Shown piece by piece: positions 1 to 9,865 of a stretch of 64,000 nucleotides of DNA. The notes beneath the pieces are model-generated. The model searched no databases, was not told the DNA's origin, and saw only the letters and a program-made list of their open reading frames with translations. The translations under genes were made by a program, and so were the position numbers. Numbering within the stretch: the stretch's first letter is position 1; each line of letters opens with the position of its first letter. The DNA is from Candidatus Poribacteria bacterium (GTDB lineage Bacteria > Poribacteria > WGA-4E > PCPOR2b): positions 2,688,001-2,752,000 of the forward strand of contig OZ240245.1 of the NCBI GenBank assembly GCA_965198175.1, written 5' to 3'.

Positions 1-1643
1 ATCGTGGTGTGGCTTACAATGGCAGGGGTAATTTTGACTTTGCCATGAAAGACTTCAATAAGGCGATGACTCTAAATCCCGATTGTGCCGATGCCTACCA
101 CAGTCGTGGGGTTGTGTGCGCGGTAATGGGCAATTATGATCTCGCCATAGCAGATTTGGATAAAGCGATACAACTTAATCCTAATTATGCGGAGGCTTAT
201 AGTAATCGAGGATTGGCTTACAAACGCATGGGTAATTTTGACTTTGCCATGAAAGACTTCAATAAGGCGATGACTCTAAATCCCAATTATGCCGATGCCT
301 ATCACGGTCGTGGGATTGTGTATGGGGTAAAGGGCGATTACGATCGTGCCATAATAGACTTTAATAAAGCGATAGATCTGAAACCTGATTTTGCCGATGC
401 CTATATCAATCGCGGACAGATACGGCTACGTCTCGAAGAATGGGACAATTTCAAGTCCGAACTAGTGACTGCCCGAAACATGGGAGTGGATATCATCAAA
501 GGTTTTAAAGATGCTTTCACAAGCGTTGGTAATTTTGAGCGCATAACCGGCATTAAATTGCCCGAAGACATCGCCATCATGCTGACACAACGGCGGCGGA
601 GCCGGTTTCCCAGTACACAAGAATTCTTGAAGCTTGACGGTACACCCTTTGAATCGCCCGAGGTGTTGAATCTGCTGGAGAAACTTCGCAACGCGGCCAC
701 ACCTTTGTCGCAGTACATTCAGACGCGCCCCACTTTCGGACTCAAGACCGGCAGCAGCGGAGCCTTTGTCGTAGATAGTGCGACACGAGATCGACTTATT
801 GCGGAGCACCCTACATCCGCTGATATTTTGAAGCCATTTTTGCACGGACGGAACATTAGGCGCTGGCAGGTAGCGAGACCGGACTCATGGTTAATTTTTA
901 CCTGCCGTCGTATAGAGATAAATCGTTATCCTGCCATCCGAAAACACTTGGAAAAATATAGATCCTCGTTGAGCAAAAGGGCGGGTAAACAGAAATGGTA
1001 CGAACTGCCAGTTACCAAACGCGACGCCGAGCACTTTACGAAAACAAAACTGGTATGCCCAAATACCTACGACCATCAAACCTTTGCCGTTGATACGGAC
1101 GGTTTCTACTGCGGGGATACGTGCTACGTTATTCCAACTGAGGAGACGTGGTTATGTGGTCTCCTCAATTCCCGCGTTGTGGAGTGGTTTTATTCTCAGG
1201 AATCAAAACAATTGACGGGTGATTATCTCAAGGCGCGTAGCCGCTATATGAAGGAAATCCCTATTCCCGACCTCACAACAACGCAGAAATCGCAAATCGG
1301 CAAAATCGTAGATTATCTCATTTACCTTCAAGGGCAGCCTACGACGAGGGGCGTGGATTTGGCACATGCCCGTGATTTCATAATGTTCAAGTATTTTGAG
1401 CGGATCATTGACGGACTGGTTTATGAATCCTATCTGGGCGAAGAACTTCATCAAGGCGGTAAGCATTTCTTCAAACCGTTGTTGGATGAAGGGTTGCTAC
1501 AGATTGAAGAAATGCGGGGTGATAAAATGTCCGCGCTCCGGGAAATCTTCGAGCGACTGTATGAAAAAACGCACCCGGTCCGAATCAACCTTTTCTTTCT
1601 GGATAGCGTTAAACCGATCCGTATCATTGAGGGCAAGGCGTGA
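1..1643 (+). CDS. TPR-repeat protein fused to a TaqI-like C-terminal specificity (target-recognition) region of type IIG R-M enzymes; 5' end lies outside the window
   Basis: About four 34-aa TPRs (AYxNRG..Y...A..DFNKA..LNP). After aa ~200 it has motifs typical of the C-terminal half of Eco57I/TaqI-like enzymes: GLKTG..AFVVD, ILKPFLHGRNIRRW, YPAIRKHL, KWYEL, LCGLLNS, YMKEIPIP. Confidence 0.8.
   Translation, partial: RGVAYNGRGNFDFAMKDFNKAMTLNPDCADAYHSRGVVCAVMGNYDLAIADLDKAIQLNPNYAEAYSNRGLAYKRMGNFDFAMKDFNKAMTLNPNYADAYHGRGIVYGVKGDYDRAIIDFNKAIDLKPDFADAYINRGQIRLRLEEWDNFKSELVTARNMGVDIIKGFKDAFTSVGNFERITGIKLPEDIAIMLTQRRRSRFPSTQEFLKLDGTPFESPEVLNLLEKLRNAATPLSQYIQTRPTFGLKTGSSGAFVVDSATRDRLIAEHPTSADILKPFLHGRNIRRWQVARPDSWLIFTCRRIEINRYPAIRKHLEKYRSSLSKRAGKQKWYELPVTKRDAEHFTKTKLVCPNTYDHQTFAVDTDGFYCGDTCYVIPTEETWLCGLLNSRVVEWFYSQESKQLTGDYLKARSRYMKEIPIPDLTTTQKSQIGKIVDYLIYLQGQPTTRGVDLAHARDFIMFKYFERIIDGLVYESYLGEELHQGGKHFFKPLLDEGLLQIEEMRGDKMSALREIFERLYEKTHPVRINLFFLDSVKPIRIIEGKA
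26..284 (+). repeat. Exact 55-bp direct repeat (26-80 and 230-284) inside the TPR array
   Basis: GGGTAATTTTGACTTTGCC...CTAAATCCC occurs twice, offset by 204 bp (two TPR units). Confidence 0.9.
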
Positions 1644-3092
1644 GAATTACCGAGATTGAAATCAAAAACTTCAAAGCCTTTTATGGAACCCACCGAATAA
1701 ACCTGCACAAAGCTGGGAAGAACTTGCTGGTTTACGGCGAAAATGGGAGCGGAAAATCGTCACTGTTTTTCGCGTTAAAGCTGTTCTTGGAATCCGGCGA
1801 CAATCCTTCGCAGAGATTTGAAAACGATCAGAACATCTTTATCGCAGATGCAGGCTATGTCAAACTATGTCTCCGCGCGGATCAGGGGGCAAAGCAGTAT
1901 ACCTACGAATGGTCGGAGAGTGTTAGAGAAACAGATGACGAACTGATTATTGAGGCATCAAAGACAAAAGGCTTTCTCGACTATAAAACCCTTTTGGATA
2001 CGCACTACCTACATCATGAAAGTGATACCGTGAATGTGTTCGATTTGCTGGTTGAGACGCTCTTGGCAAATACCGTCAACACCGAGGGTCGGAGCCTTGC
2101 CGACGATTGGGCTGCTATTCAGCCGCCGTTTCCACGCCGAAACGCAACAAATCAAATTGAGATCCTTGAATACCTGATAGAGAATTTCAACAACGAATTA
2201 ACAAACAGATTAGCGAAGTTACAGTCGAAGGCATCTGGAATCCTTGGCAAGTTCGGACATAACGTTACCCTTAACTTCGATTTCCCTGGGATTAAATACA
2301 ACCGCGAAAACAAAACGCTTGATAACCAGCAGATTTTCTTAACTGTTGCGCTCTTCGACAAAGATATCCCCGAACATTACCACTTCCTCAACGAGGCTAG
2401 GTTATCGGCGATTGCTATCGCTATCTATTTCTCGTCAATCCTGATTCAGCCGCAGAGCCGCGTAAAGATTCTCGCCTTAGATGATGTGCTAATCGGCTTG
2501 GACATGTCAAACCGCCTCCCGGTGCTAGATATCCTAGACGAGTATTTTCCAGACTACCAAATTTTTTTTGACGACGTATGATAAGGCGTGGTATGAGATT
2601 GTCAAACAGCGGACATCCAATAATGGAAAGTGGAAATATGCCGAATTTTATTCCTCGAAAACTGACGACTACGAAATCCCAATCTATGTAGAAGATAAGG
2701 CGTATCTTGAGAAAGCGAAAGCGTATTTCGCCGCCAACGACTACAAAGCCAGCGCCATTTACCTTCGCACCGCCTTTGAAGCCGCAATCAAGAAATTCTG
2801 CGAAACGAAAAACCTCCGCGTCAAATACCGCGAAAATCCGAAAGAACTGACAAGCGAAGATTTTTGGACGCCGATAAAAACGGGAACGTTGAAAAATGGT
2901 ACACCCTTATTAGAAAAGAAACTCATTGGCGAAATCGAACTGTACCGAAGTATTATCCTGAACCCGCTCAGCCATTTTCACATTGTCCCTGAGATTAAAG
3001 GGGAAATTTCCGATGCAATAAAAGCGGTGGAAGCGCTTGAAGCTAAATTAGCAGCAATTTTAGGCGGCACACCACAGGCAAACAGCGAATAA
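1640..3092 (+). CDS. ABC/SMC-like ATPase with C-terminal HEPN-like domain (RloC/PrrC-like architecture), split by a frameshift in a T8 run
   Basis: Walker A GENGSGKS, Walker B ILALDD, and a C-terminal YLRTAFE...YRSIILNPLSH. ORFs 1640-2581 and 2568-3092 join (QIFLTTYD) if T8 at 2562-2569 is T7. The start overlaps the upstream stop (GTGA). Confidence 0.75.
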
Positions 3093-3097
3093 TCCAT

Positions 3098-3554
3098 TTT
3101 TTGCGAAACGAACCCAAAACGAAGCCAATCGTGATGGAGATTTTCAATCTGTGTTATCCTTATAATCGGCGGCAACCCGCGATTCAGGCAATGAGATGAT
3201 TGTGAATGAGGCGGCAATTGTCTGAATCACGGATTAAACAGATGAAACAGATTGCGCAGATTTTTTAATCCGTGTAAGCCCTGAATCCGCGATTCAGAGT
3301 ACAAAGAAGTCGCTATAGAGGATGGATATTTTCGCTGGGTTTCAATTACTTCTCCAAACGTGTCCCGTTGCCGATGAATAAGAGAAACTGCCGCGAGGAG
3401 AACGCGATATACGTTTTTACGAAACGAACCCAAAACGAAGCCAATTGTGATGGAGTTTTTTCAATCCGTGTCATCCGTTTAATCCGTGGCAATCCGCGAT
3501 TCAGACAATGAGAAGATTGTGAATGAGGCAGGAATTGTCTGAATCACAGATTAA
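3098..3554 (+). repeat. Imperfect ~140-bp direct duplication (3098-3237 and 3414-3554)
   Basis: Both copies read TTTTTRCGAAACGAACCCAAAACGAAGCCAATYGTGATGGAG...GATTGTGAATGAGGC...TTGTCTGAATCACRGATTAA, offset about 316 bp. Confidence 0.9.
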
Positions 3555-4231
3555 GGGATTTCTATCGCACTCCTTATTCAGTCGCTTGATCGGATAGCAC
3601 GGATTGTTAAATCCGCGTTCATCCTTTAATCCGTGCCAATTTGCGATTCTGACTATGATACATACCAACAGAGCATACAAATAATGAGCGGCAATCTGAA
3701 ATACAGGGATATTACCGAAAAGATTATTGGGGCCGCTTTTGAAGTACATAAGTTTTTAGGCAACGGCTTCCAAGAGGTGATTTATCAGCGAGGATTGGCG
3801 TTTGAACTGGCACAAGCGGGTTTGGCATTTGCGCGAAGTTGAGCGAGACATTTTCTACAAAGAATTGCCGGAACCTATCGGTACTCGTCGCGCGGATTTC
3901 GTGGTCGAAGAAAAGGTGTTATTGGAATAAAAGGCTATTTCAGAATTGGAAGATGTACACATAGCGCAGGCATTAAATTATTTGAGGGTATATCGGCTGG
4001 AAGTCGGGTTATTGATCAATTTCAGCTCAAAAAGATTAACATTCAGAAGATTGATTTTGTCGCAACAGGATCCCAATTGACGCAGATAACGCCGACTGAA
4101 TCCGTGACAATCCGCGATTCAGACAATTGCGCTCGCCGGCGATGGAAAAAAGAACTGTGTTAGGATTGGGATCAAATCTATAAAATCTGTCAAATGTTGT
4201 AAACTTTTGTCAAATTCTGTGATTCGGACAA
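3174..4231. repeat. REP-like field: about 8 copies of an 18-bp motif (AATCCGCGATTCAGACAA or its reverse complement) flanking the GxxExxY gene
   Basis: Forward copies at 3174, 3284, 3491, 3638, 4109 and 4213; inverted copies at 3218 and 3535. Short AATCCGTG sub-repeats precede several copies. Confidence 0.85.
3684..4080 (+). pseudogene. GxxExxY family protein (PD-(D/E)XK nuclease fold), with a frameshift and an internal stop
   Basis: IIGAAFEVHKFLGNGFQEVIYQ carries the GxxExxY motif. After a frameshift near 3835 it continues IGTRRADFVVEEKVLLE*KA...AQALNYL...GLLINF, with TAA at 3928-3930. Confidence 0.9.
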
Positions 4232-4307
4232 TTCGGAGCAAAGTGTGAATCCTAAGTGACACTCTCAGAAAGAATTAAATACGTAAGCTAAATTCGTAAG
4301 GGGATTT

Positions 4308-5255
4308 ATGAAATACTCAAGTGACAAGTTATCCTTTATGGCGTCAGTGTTTGCTGTATGGCTATTGCTTGGATGTCAAGGAGCAACGCTCAATATTCCA
4401 GATGTTGGCACAAGTGCAAATCCGCTCGAAAAATCGGGGGAGTTGACAAAGAGCGAAGTCTGGGCGGGAAAAATCTTGATTACCGGCGATGTTGTCGTAC
4501 CCGAAGGAATGACGTTAACGATTCAGCCCAATTCGATTATCGGTTTTGATCCGGCTAGCGGCGCGCACCAATTGATCGTGCACGGTACACTGTACGCAGA
4601 GGGCGAGCCGGATCGCTTCATTACGTTCGGTTCGCTTGGATCGAATGACAACCCTCCAACAGCGGGCGATTGGTTGGGTATCCTACTGGAAAAAACGTGC
4701 GTTAATTCCCGCTTGATTTACTGTCGAATCCGACACGCCGACAACGGGATTGTTTGCCTATCCGACTCAGTGCAGCTCGAAAATTGCTTGTTGACCAATA
4801 ACGAATTGGCAGTGCTTTGCGACGATGTATCTCCATTGATTTCCCAGAACGAGATTAACAAGAATGGTTCCGCGATAAAGTGTATTAACGACGCAGCGCC
4901 GGAAATTACCAGGAATTCGATTCAAGCCAATGAATACGGCATTATCTGCGATGATAATTCCAGAGCGACGATTGATCGCAACGAGCTCTCTAGCAACTAC
5001 CAACACGCCATTGTGTGTTACGCTTTAGCCTCACCCGAAATTGTTTCAAACAACATCGTCCTAAACGGCGGTTGGGCGGTGTACGATGGCGGTCGATTGC
5101 GAGACAATTTCATTCGTGGGAACAATGAGCGAGGTCCGGATGTCATTGAACACGGAACGGGACGAGACGGTGGACAATTCTACAGTGTGGACGAAGTTTT
5201 GGAACCGCGTGCCACACCCGTTGTTGATGCAGGCATTCATCGGGAACGGTACTAA
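4308..5255 (+). CDS. Lipoprotein with right-handed parallel beta-helix repeats
   Basis: Lipobox LLGC, ITGDVVVPEGMTLTIQP and GDWLGI motifs, and repeated N..GI.C....P.I..N units. Confidence 0.75.
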   Translation: MKYSSDKLSFMASVFAVWLLLGCQGATLNIPDVGTSANPLEKSGELTKSEVWAGKILITGDVVVPEGMTLTIQPNSIIGFDPASGAHQLIVHGTLYAEGEPDRFITFGSLGSNDNPPTAGDWLGILLEKTCVNSRLIYCRIRHADNGIVCLSDSVQLENCLLTNNELAVLCDDVSPLISQNEINKNGSAIKCINDAAPEITRNSIQANEYGIICDDNSRATIDRNELSSNYQHAIVCYALASPEIVSNNIVLNGGWAVYDGGRLRDNFIRGNNERGPDVIEHGTGRDGGQFYSVDEVLEPRATPVVDAGIHRERY

Positions 5256-5338
5256 CAGAAATAAAAGATAAGTAGTGTCCAGATTCACGGAGTCTGTCAG
5301 CATTTAACAAGCTTCATTACCCAAGAAAATGAGAGAAA

Positions 5339-6118
5339 ATGAAACCCAGAGTTCTCATTCTTCGCACCGCAGGCACAAACTGCGACTATGAAACAAACTA
5401 CGCTTTTCAGCTTGCTGGCGCAAAAACAGCCCTGATTCATATCAACCAACTGATTGCCGGTCAGGTGCAGATTATGGACTACCAGATAATGGCAATACCC
5501 GGCGGATTTTCTTATGGGGACGATATTGCCGCGGGCATGTTGTTGGCGAATGAAATCAAGTACAAACTCGCCGATCAGCTAGTCGAGTTCGTCGAGTCGG
5601 GCAGATTGATTCTCGGCATCTGCAACGGCTTTCAGGTGCTGGTACGAGCCGGATTGTTGCCCCGTCTTGACGGAGAAATAGCGCAGCGGGCAACCCTAGC
5701 CATGAACAGTTCGGCGAAGTTCGAATGCCGTTGGATACATTTGCAGATTCAGAAGAGTCCCTGTGTCTTTACGCAAGGCTTAAAATCCCAGATTTATCTC
5801 CCTGTTGCTCACGCAGAGGGACGTTTCACGGCGCCAAACGACATCCTCGATCAGATTGAGTCAAATCGGCAGATTGTCTTTCACTATATTTCACCCAATG
5901 GCAGCACGCCGGAATATCCCGATAATCCAAATGGTGCTGATCGTCACATCGCTGGGGTTTGCGACTCAACCGGCAGAATCCTGGGTATGATGCCCCACCC
6001 CGAACGCTACCTGACACAATTCAATCATCCGCGTTGGACACGGGAGGCTTTGCCCGATGAAGGGGATGGACTGGCAATCTTTCGGAATGCGATAAATTAT
6101 GCGCAGTTGAACCTGTGA
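5339..6118 (+). CDS. purQ: Phosphoribosylformylglycinamidine synthase subunit PurQ
   Basis: GTNCD, PGGFSYGD, GICNGFQ, AHAEG and MMPHPER motifs. Confidence 0.95.
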   Translation: MKPRVLILRTAGTNCDYETNYAFQLAGAKTALIHINQLIAGQVQIMDYQIMAIPGGFSYGDDIAAGMLLANEIKYKLADQLVEFVESGRLILGICNGFQVLVRAGLLPRLDGEIAQRATLAMNSSAKFECRWIHLQIQKSPCVFTQGLKSQIYLPVAHAEGRFTAPNDILDQIESNRQIVFHYISPNGSTPEYPDNPNGADRHIAGVCDSTGRILGMMPHPERYLTQFNHPRWTREALPDEGDGLAIFRNAINYAQLNL

Positions 6119-6225
6119 ATTCGTGCATAGCGATTGACTTTCCACCGTGCGCTCCCCGCTATCCCTTGGTTTTGAAAACGAAAAGATGAATTTGTTGAGA
6201 TAGAAAAATAAAGCGAGTCAAATGA

Positions 6226-7332
6226 ATGAACCTCCGTCAATTCCTGAGACCGGATCTCTCAGATCTCAAACCTTATCACGTAGATCAGCCGCCCCACCGA
6301 ATCAAACTCGATGCAAATGAATCCCCGTTTGACCTACCCACGGAACTTCGAGAAGAGATAGCAAACGAGATGAAAAATCTCCAATTTCAACGATATCCGG
6401 ATCCAAGTTCAGATGTACTGAGAACAGAACTTTCTGAATACTTAGGGGTTGATAAAAGTCAAATCATTGTGGGCAATGGATCCGACGAACTAATCGGCTA
6501 TTTCACACAGGCGTTTGGGCGCGCAGATGCTTGTGTCTCCTTCCCAACCCCGACGTTTGCAATGTATCACATCCTAGCACGTATTGCAGGGCTTAATGCG
6601 GTTGGATTGCCGCTTGATGAGCAGTTCGATCTGAATGCGGAGGCGTGGCAATCTCATCTGGATGCCAACGGACCGAATCTGGTGTTCCTCTCATACCCGA
6701 ACAACCCTACGAGTAACACCTTTTCCGCTGAAGTTATCCACCAGATGCTCTCTCGATCCGACACACTGGTTGTTCTTGATGAGGCGTATTACGAGTTTTC
6801 GGGGAAGACATTCATCGGCGAATTGAATCGGTACTCCAATCTAATTATTACTCGCACTTTTTCAAAAGCATACGGACTCGCTGGGCTGCGTATCGGTTAC
6901 TTGATTGCTCACCCGGAGATTATCCATGAGATCAACAAGGTTAGGCTGCCTTATAATCTAAATCGCTTTTCACAGATGGCTGCAATGCTTCTGCTGAAAC
7001 ACCATGTGCGGCAAGCGCCGACATCCCGATTCTCATTACAGATCCAACTGATTCTCAAGGAGCGCGAGCGTGTTTATAGCGCCCTGCGAACAATGGAGGG
7101 CATTTATCCATTCCCAACGGATGCCAACTTCATTCTCTTTCGGACAGAATCACCTGCCGATAGATCGTTTCAACACTTGTTAGATTTGGGCATTCTCGTT
7201 CGCAACCTCAGTCGTCCAGGACCGCTGCACAACTGCTTGCGTGTTACAATCGGCACACCCGCGGCAAATACCAAGTTCTTAGAAGCATTGGCTTCCCAAC
7301 GAAAGGCGCCTCCTAGTGAAACTAAACCTTAG
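6226..7332 (+). CDS. hisC: Histidinol-phosphate aminotransferase
   Basis: KLDANESP, GNGSDE, PNNPT, DEAYYEF, TFSKAYGLAGLRIGY and LRVTIG motifs. Confidence 0.93.
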   Translation: MNLRQFLRPDLSDLKPYHVDQPPHRIKLDANESPFDLPTELREEIANEMKNLQFQRYPDPSSDVLRTELSEYLGVDKSQIIVGNGSDELIGYFTQAFGRADACVSFPTPTFAMYHILARIAGLNAVGLPLDEQFDLNAEAWQSHLDANGPNLVFLSYPNNPTSNTFSAEVIHQMLSRSDTLVVLDEAYYEFSGKTFIGELNRYSNLIITRTFSKAYGLAGLRIGYLIAHPEIIHEINKVRLPYNLNRFSQMAAMLLLKHHVRQAPTSRFSLQIQLILKERERVYSALRTMEGIYPFPTDANFILFRTESPADRSFQHLLDLGILVRNLSRPGPLHNCLRVTIGTPAANTKFLEALASQRKAPPSETKP

Positions 7333-7786
7333 AAATGAATCGGAGCATTCTCCCGATAAGATTCATCGGAGATTGTTGCCCTTCTATATGAGGCCAACCG
7401 TCTTGGTTGCGTTTATAGCAATTTCGGTGGTTGGACAGATTACATGGATAACTGCCATCACGATGGTCGGAGGATTCAATATTTGGTGGTGCACTTTCGG
7501 TTTCGCATTTGGAATCGTTCTCGGCTACATTCACGGGAAATGGATGGCACGGATGTGGGATCGTGACTATTTACGTGTGTTGAAGCGAGAGATTACATTT
7601 TGGCAAGCAAAGGGCGGTAAGGGGACAACTATATTTGTGATACTAGCACTTGCCATTCCGATTTTTTTTGCGGTGTTTACGAGATTGTCTTTCGACGTGT
7701 TGGCTGGACTGCAATCATACATCTTCGGTTTTATCGGCGGGACGAATTTCGCGGTATGTTCGTGGGTGCGGCAGTTGCCGAAGTAG
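7316..7786 (+). CDS. Hypothetical membrane protein (about 4 TM)
   Basis: Four hydrophobic segments; overlaps the end of hisC. Confidence 0.65.
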   Translation: MKLNLRNESEHSPDKIHRRLLPFYMRPTVLVAFIAISVVGQITWITAITMVGGFNIWWCTFGFAFGIVLGYIHGKWMARMWDRDYLRVLKREITFWQAKGGKGTTIFVILALAIPIFFAVFTRLSFDVLAGLQSYIFGFIGGTNFAVCSWVRQLPK

Positions 7787-7898
7787 GTAGCGAGATTCAC
7801 CGTACCCGGATTGGGAAGTTGCAGCACGCTCAATTGAGAACAAGCTTGGAGTATCAAGGTTTTTCTTGTCGGATTTCACATGTTTGCACCATAATGCG

Positions 7899-9455
7899 CT
7901 AAGGGCGTGACAATCGGAGGTATTGCCTTTCCGCCATCCATAGCGTCACGAAAGCGATTGCAGTCGATATTAAAACCAAGCGATACGCGCTTGTCTCCCA
8001 CCCAATGTTAAAATAGTTGAAGATTGCCAAAGACAAGGTCTGCGTTTTCCCCGGTATATTTCCTGCCACCATCATTGTGGCACCGAACTCGCCAAGACTC
8101 TTAGAAAATGCAAGTATTCCACCGCCGACAATTCCGCGATACGATAAGGGCAGCGTCACGGTGAAAAACACCTTCAAAGGATGAGCCCCAAGTGTCCGCG
8201 CGGCGCTTTCCAGTTGCGGACTTACACCTTCCATTGCGGTCACAGCGCCGCGCACAAATAACGGAAATGAAATCAGAAAGAGCGCGAGTACAACCGCGAC
8301 CCACGAGAAGACGATTTCAAGTCCAAAAAGTCGGAATAAGATGCTTCCAACCGGTCCCTCCTTGCTAAAAAGGAGTAATAAAAAATACCCGCTCACAACT
8401 GGCGGCAGCACTAGGGGTAACATTACAATCGTATTGAGAAGTGATTTTCCCCGGAACGAGTTCTTTGCGAGCAACCAGCTAACGAACAGCCCAGGCGGGA
8501 GGATAAAAATCAGACTCAAAAAGGCTACTTTGACAGATAGAATCAGTGCTGCGACTTCTGCCCCTGTAAACATAAATAATCGTTCAGAAGCACGTTCCTC
8601 TACGCTTCTATCCAAACCGCCCGACACCTTCTGGCGGGATTGCACCACAGAAAATCCATAGAGTTCAAAGATTGCAGTGGCTTCTGATGTTCCCAGATAT
8701 GCGAGAAATTGCTGGGCAAATGCTTTATGTTTGGTCGCTTTCAGGACTACTGCAGGATACACTATCGGACTATGGCTCGAATTGGGAAATTGATAAATCA
8801 CCTTAACCAATTCGCTGATTGCTGCATCGGTTTTATAGACAATCCCCACATCTACTTCGCCAGATTCCACATACGCCAATGTTGCCCGAACATCTGCGCC
8901 GAAAACCAGCTTCTCTTGGACAACATCCCAAATTCCCAAACGCGTCAAGGCTTCTTTGCCGTAAATACCTGCGGGGACTGAATTCGGTTCACCGATAGCA
9001 ATTCGTCTTATCGTCGCCCCCACCAGTGTATGGGGATCGGAGAGGGAAGGTAAACCCTTCAAACGGGCAATCAATACCAGACTATTGGTCAATAGGTTTC
9101 GGCGTGTATCCCCATGAACCCGCCCTTCGCTTTGCAGGGCATCAACCTGCTTGGGGCTGGCGGAAATAAAAATATCGGCGGAGGCGCCTTTTTCAATCTG
9201 CTGCTGTAGGGTCGAAGAGCCCGCGAAATTGCAATAAACCCGATTTCCCGTCTCCGATTGAAAACGCTCATTAATTTCCGTGAGTGCATCCGTCAAGCTC
9301 ATTGCCCCAAAGATGATTAACTCATCTTGGCGGTTTGACTCTTGTGCCTTCATTTTCTGGAATGGGGATTCGGGATGGCTATCGTCCGAGCAACCCGCAA
9401 GGAAAAGCCAAATAAGATTCGGGATTATCAAGAATCCAAAGACGCGCGAATTCAT
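7899..9455 (-). CDS. modAB: Fused molybdate ABC transporter substrate-binding protein and permease (ModA-ModB)
   Basis: Lipobox LAGC. ModA motifs AMSLTDA, AGSSTL..QIEKGA, VPAGIY, GIVYKTD. ModB motifs LPLVLPPVV and SLGEFGATMMVAGNIPGKT. Confidence 0.9.
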   Translation of the reverse strand: MNSRVFGFLIIPNLIWLFLAGCSDDSHPESPFQKMKAQESNRQDELIIFGAMSLTDALTEINERFQSETGNRVYCNFAGSSTLQQQIEKGASADIFISASPKQVDALQSEGRVHGDTRRNLLTNSLVLIARLKGLPSLSDPHTLVGATIRRIAIGEPNSVPAGIYGKEALTRLGIWDVVQEKLVFGADVRATLAYVESGEVDVGIVYKTDAAISELVKVIYQFPNSSHSPIVYPAVVLKATKHKAFAQQFLAYLGTSEATAIFELYGFSVVQSRQKVSGGLDRSVEERASERLFMFTGAEVAALILSVKVAFLSLIFILPPGLFVSWLLAKNSFRGKSLLNTIVMLPLVLPPVVSGYFLLLLFSKEGPVGSILFRLFGLEIVFSWVAVVLALFLISFPLFVRGAVTAMEGVSPQLESAARTLGAHPLKVFFTVTLPLSYRGIVGGGILAFSKSLGEFGATMMVAGNIPGKTQTLSLAIFNYFNIGWETSAYRLVLISTAIAFVTLWMAERQYLRLSRP

Positions 9456-9613
9456 AGTGTTTTGTCCGCTGTGTGGAGTAGTGGAGGAAGGAACCGCTTT
9501 TATTCAACTTGGTCGCGAAGCTTTCTTATGTTGCCACCTTGAAACCGGAGGAAGGAATCCTACGGGGGTGATCTCCAATAGCATTCCCCGTTTGAAAATC
9601 GGTTATGGTCCAA

Positions 9614-9642
9614 AGCATACACGAAAACATTCACCTTGTCAA
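9614..9642 (-). promoter_or_regulatory. Sigma70-type promoter for modAB
   Basis: TTGACA-N17-TATGCT on the minus strand. Confidence 0.65.
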
Positions 9643-9865
9643 TTCTGAAAAAGCATGATTGAACAGGTACGAACAGTTGTTGAGCCGTTTAATGATTTCC
9701 ACTCCTCAATCAGTAGTTGGACAGAGCAGCACTCTGTTTCTATTCTCCGGACTTTTCGCTTGCAGCCTATTGCAAGTTCTGGTAAACTTGCTTTGTTCAG
9801 TGTTGAGAGTAATTGGGAAAGTGACGTATCACCCATTCAATCAGTTCTTGAATAAGGCAGATTTA

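Noticed and set aside
26..345. DGR template/variable repeat pair
   Set aside because: Mismatches are not restricted to adenines, both copies are in-frame TPRs, and there is no reverse transcriptase in the window.
3098..4231. CRISPR array
   Set aside because: Repeats occur in both orientations, are degenerate and irregularly spaced, and there are no cas genes.
9456..9610. Moco riboswitch
   Set aside because: Position fits, but I could not match the conserved motif elements.
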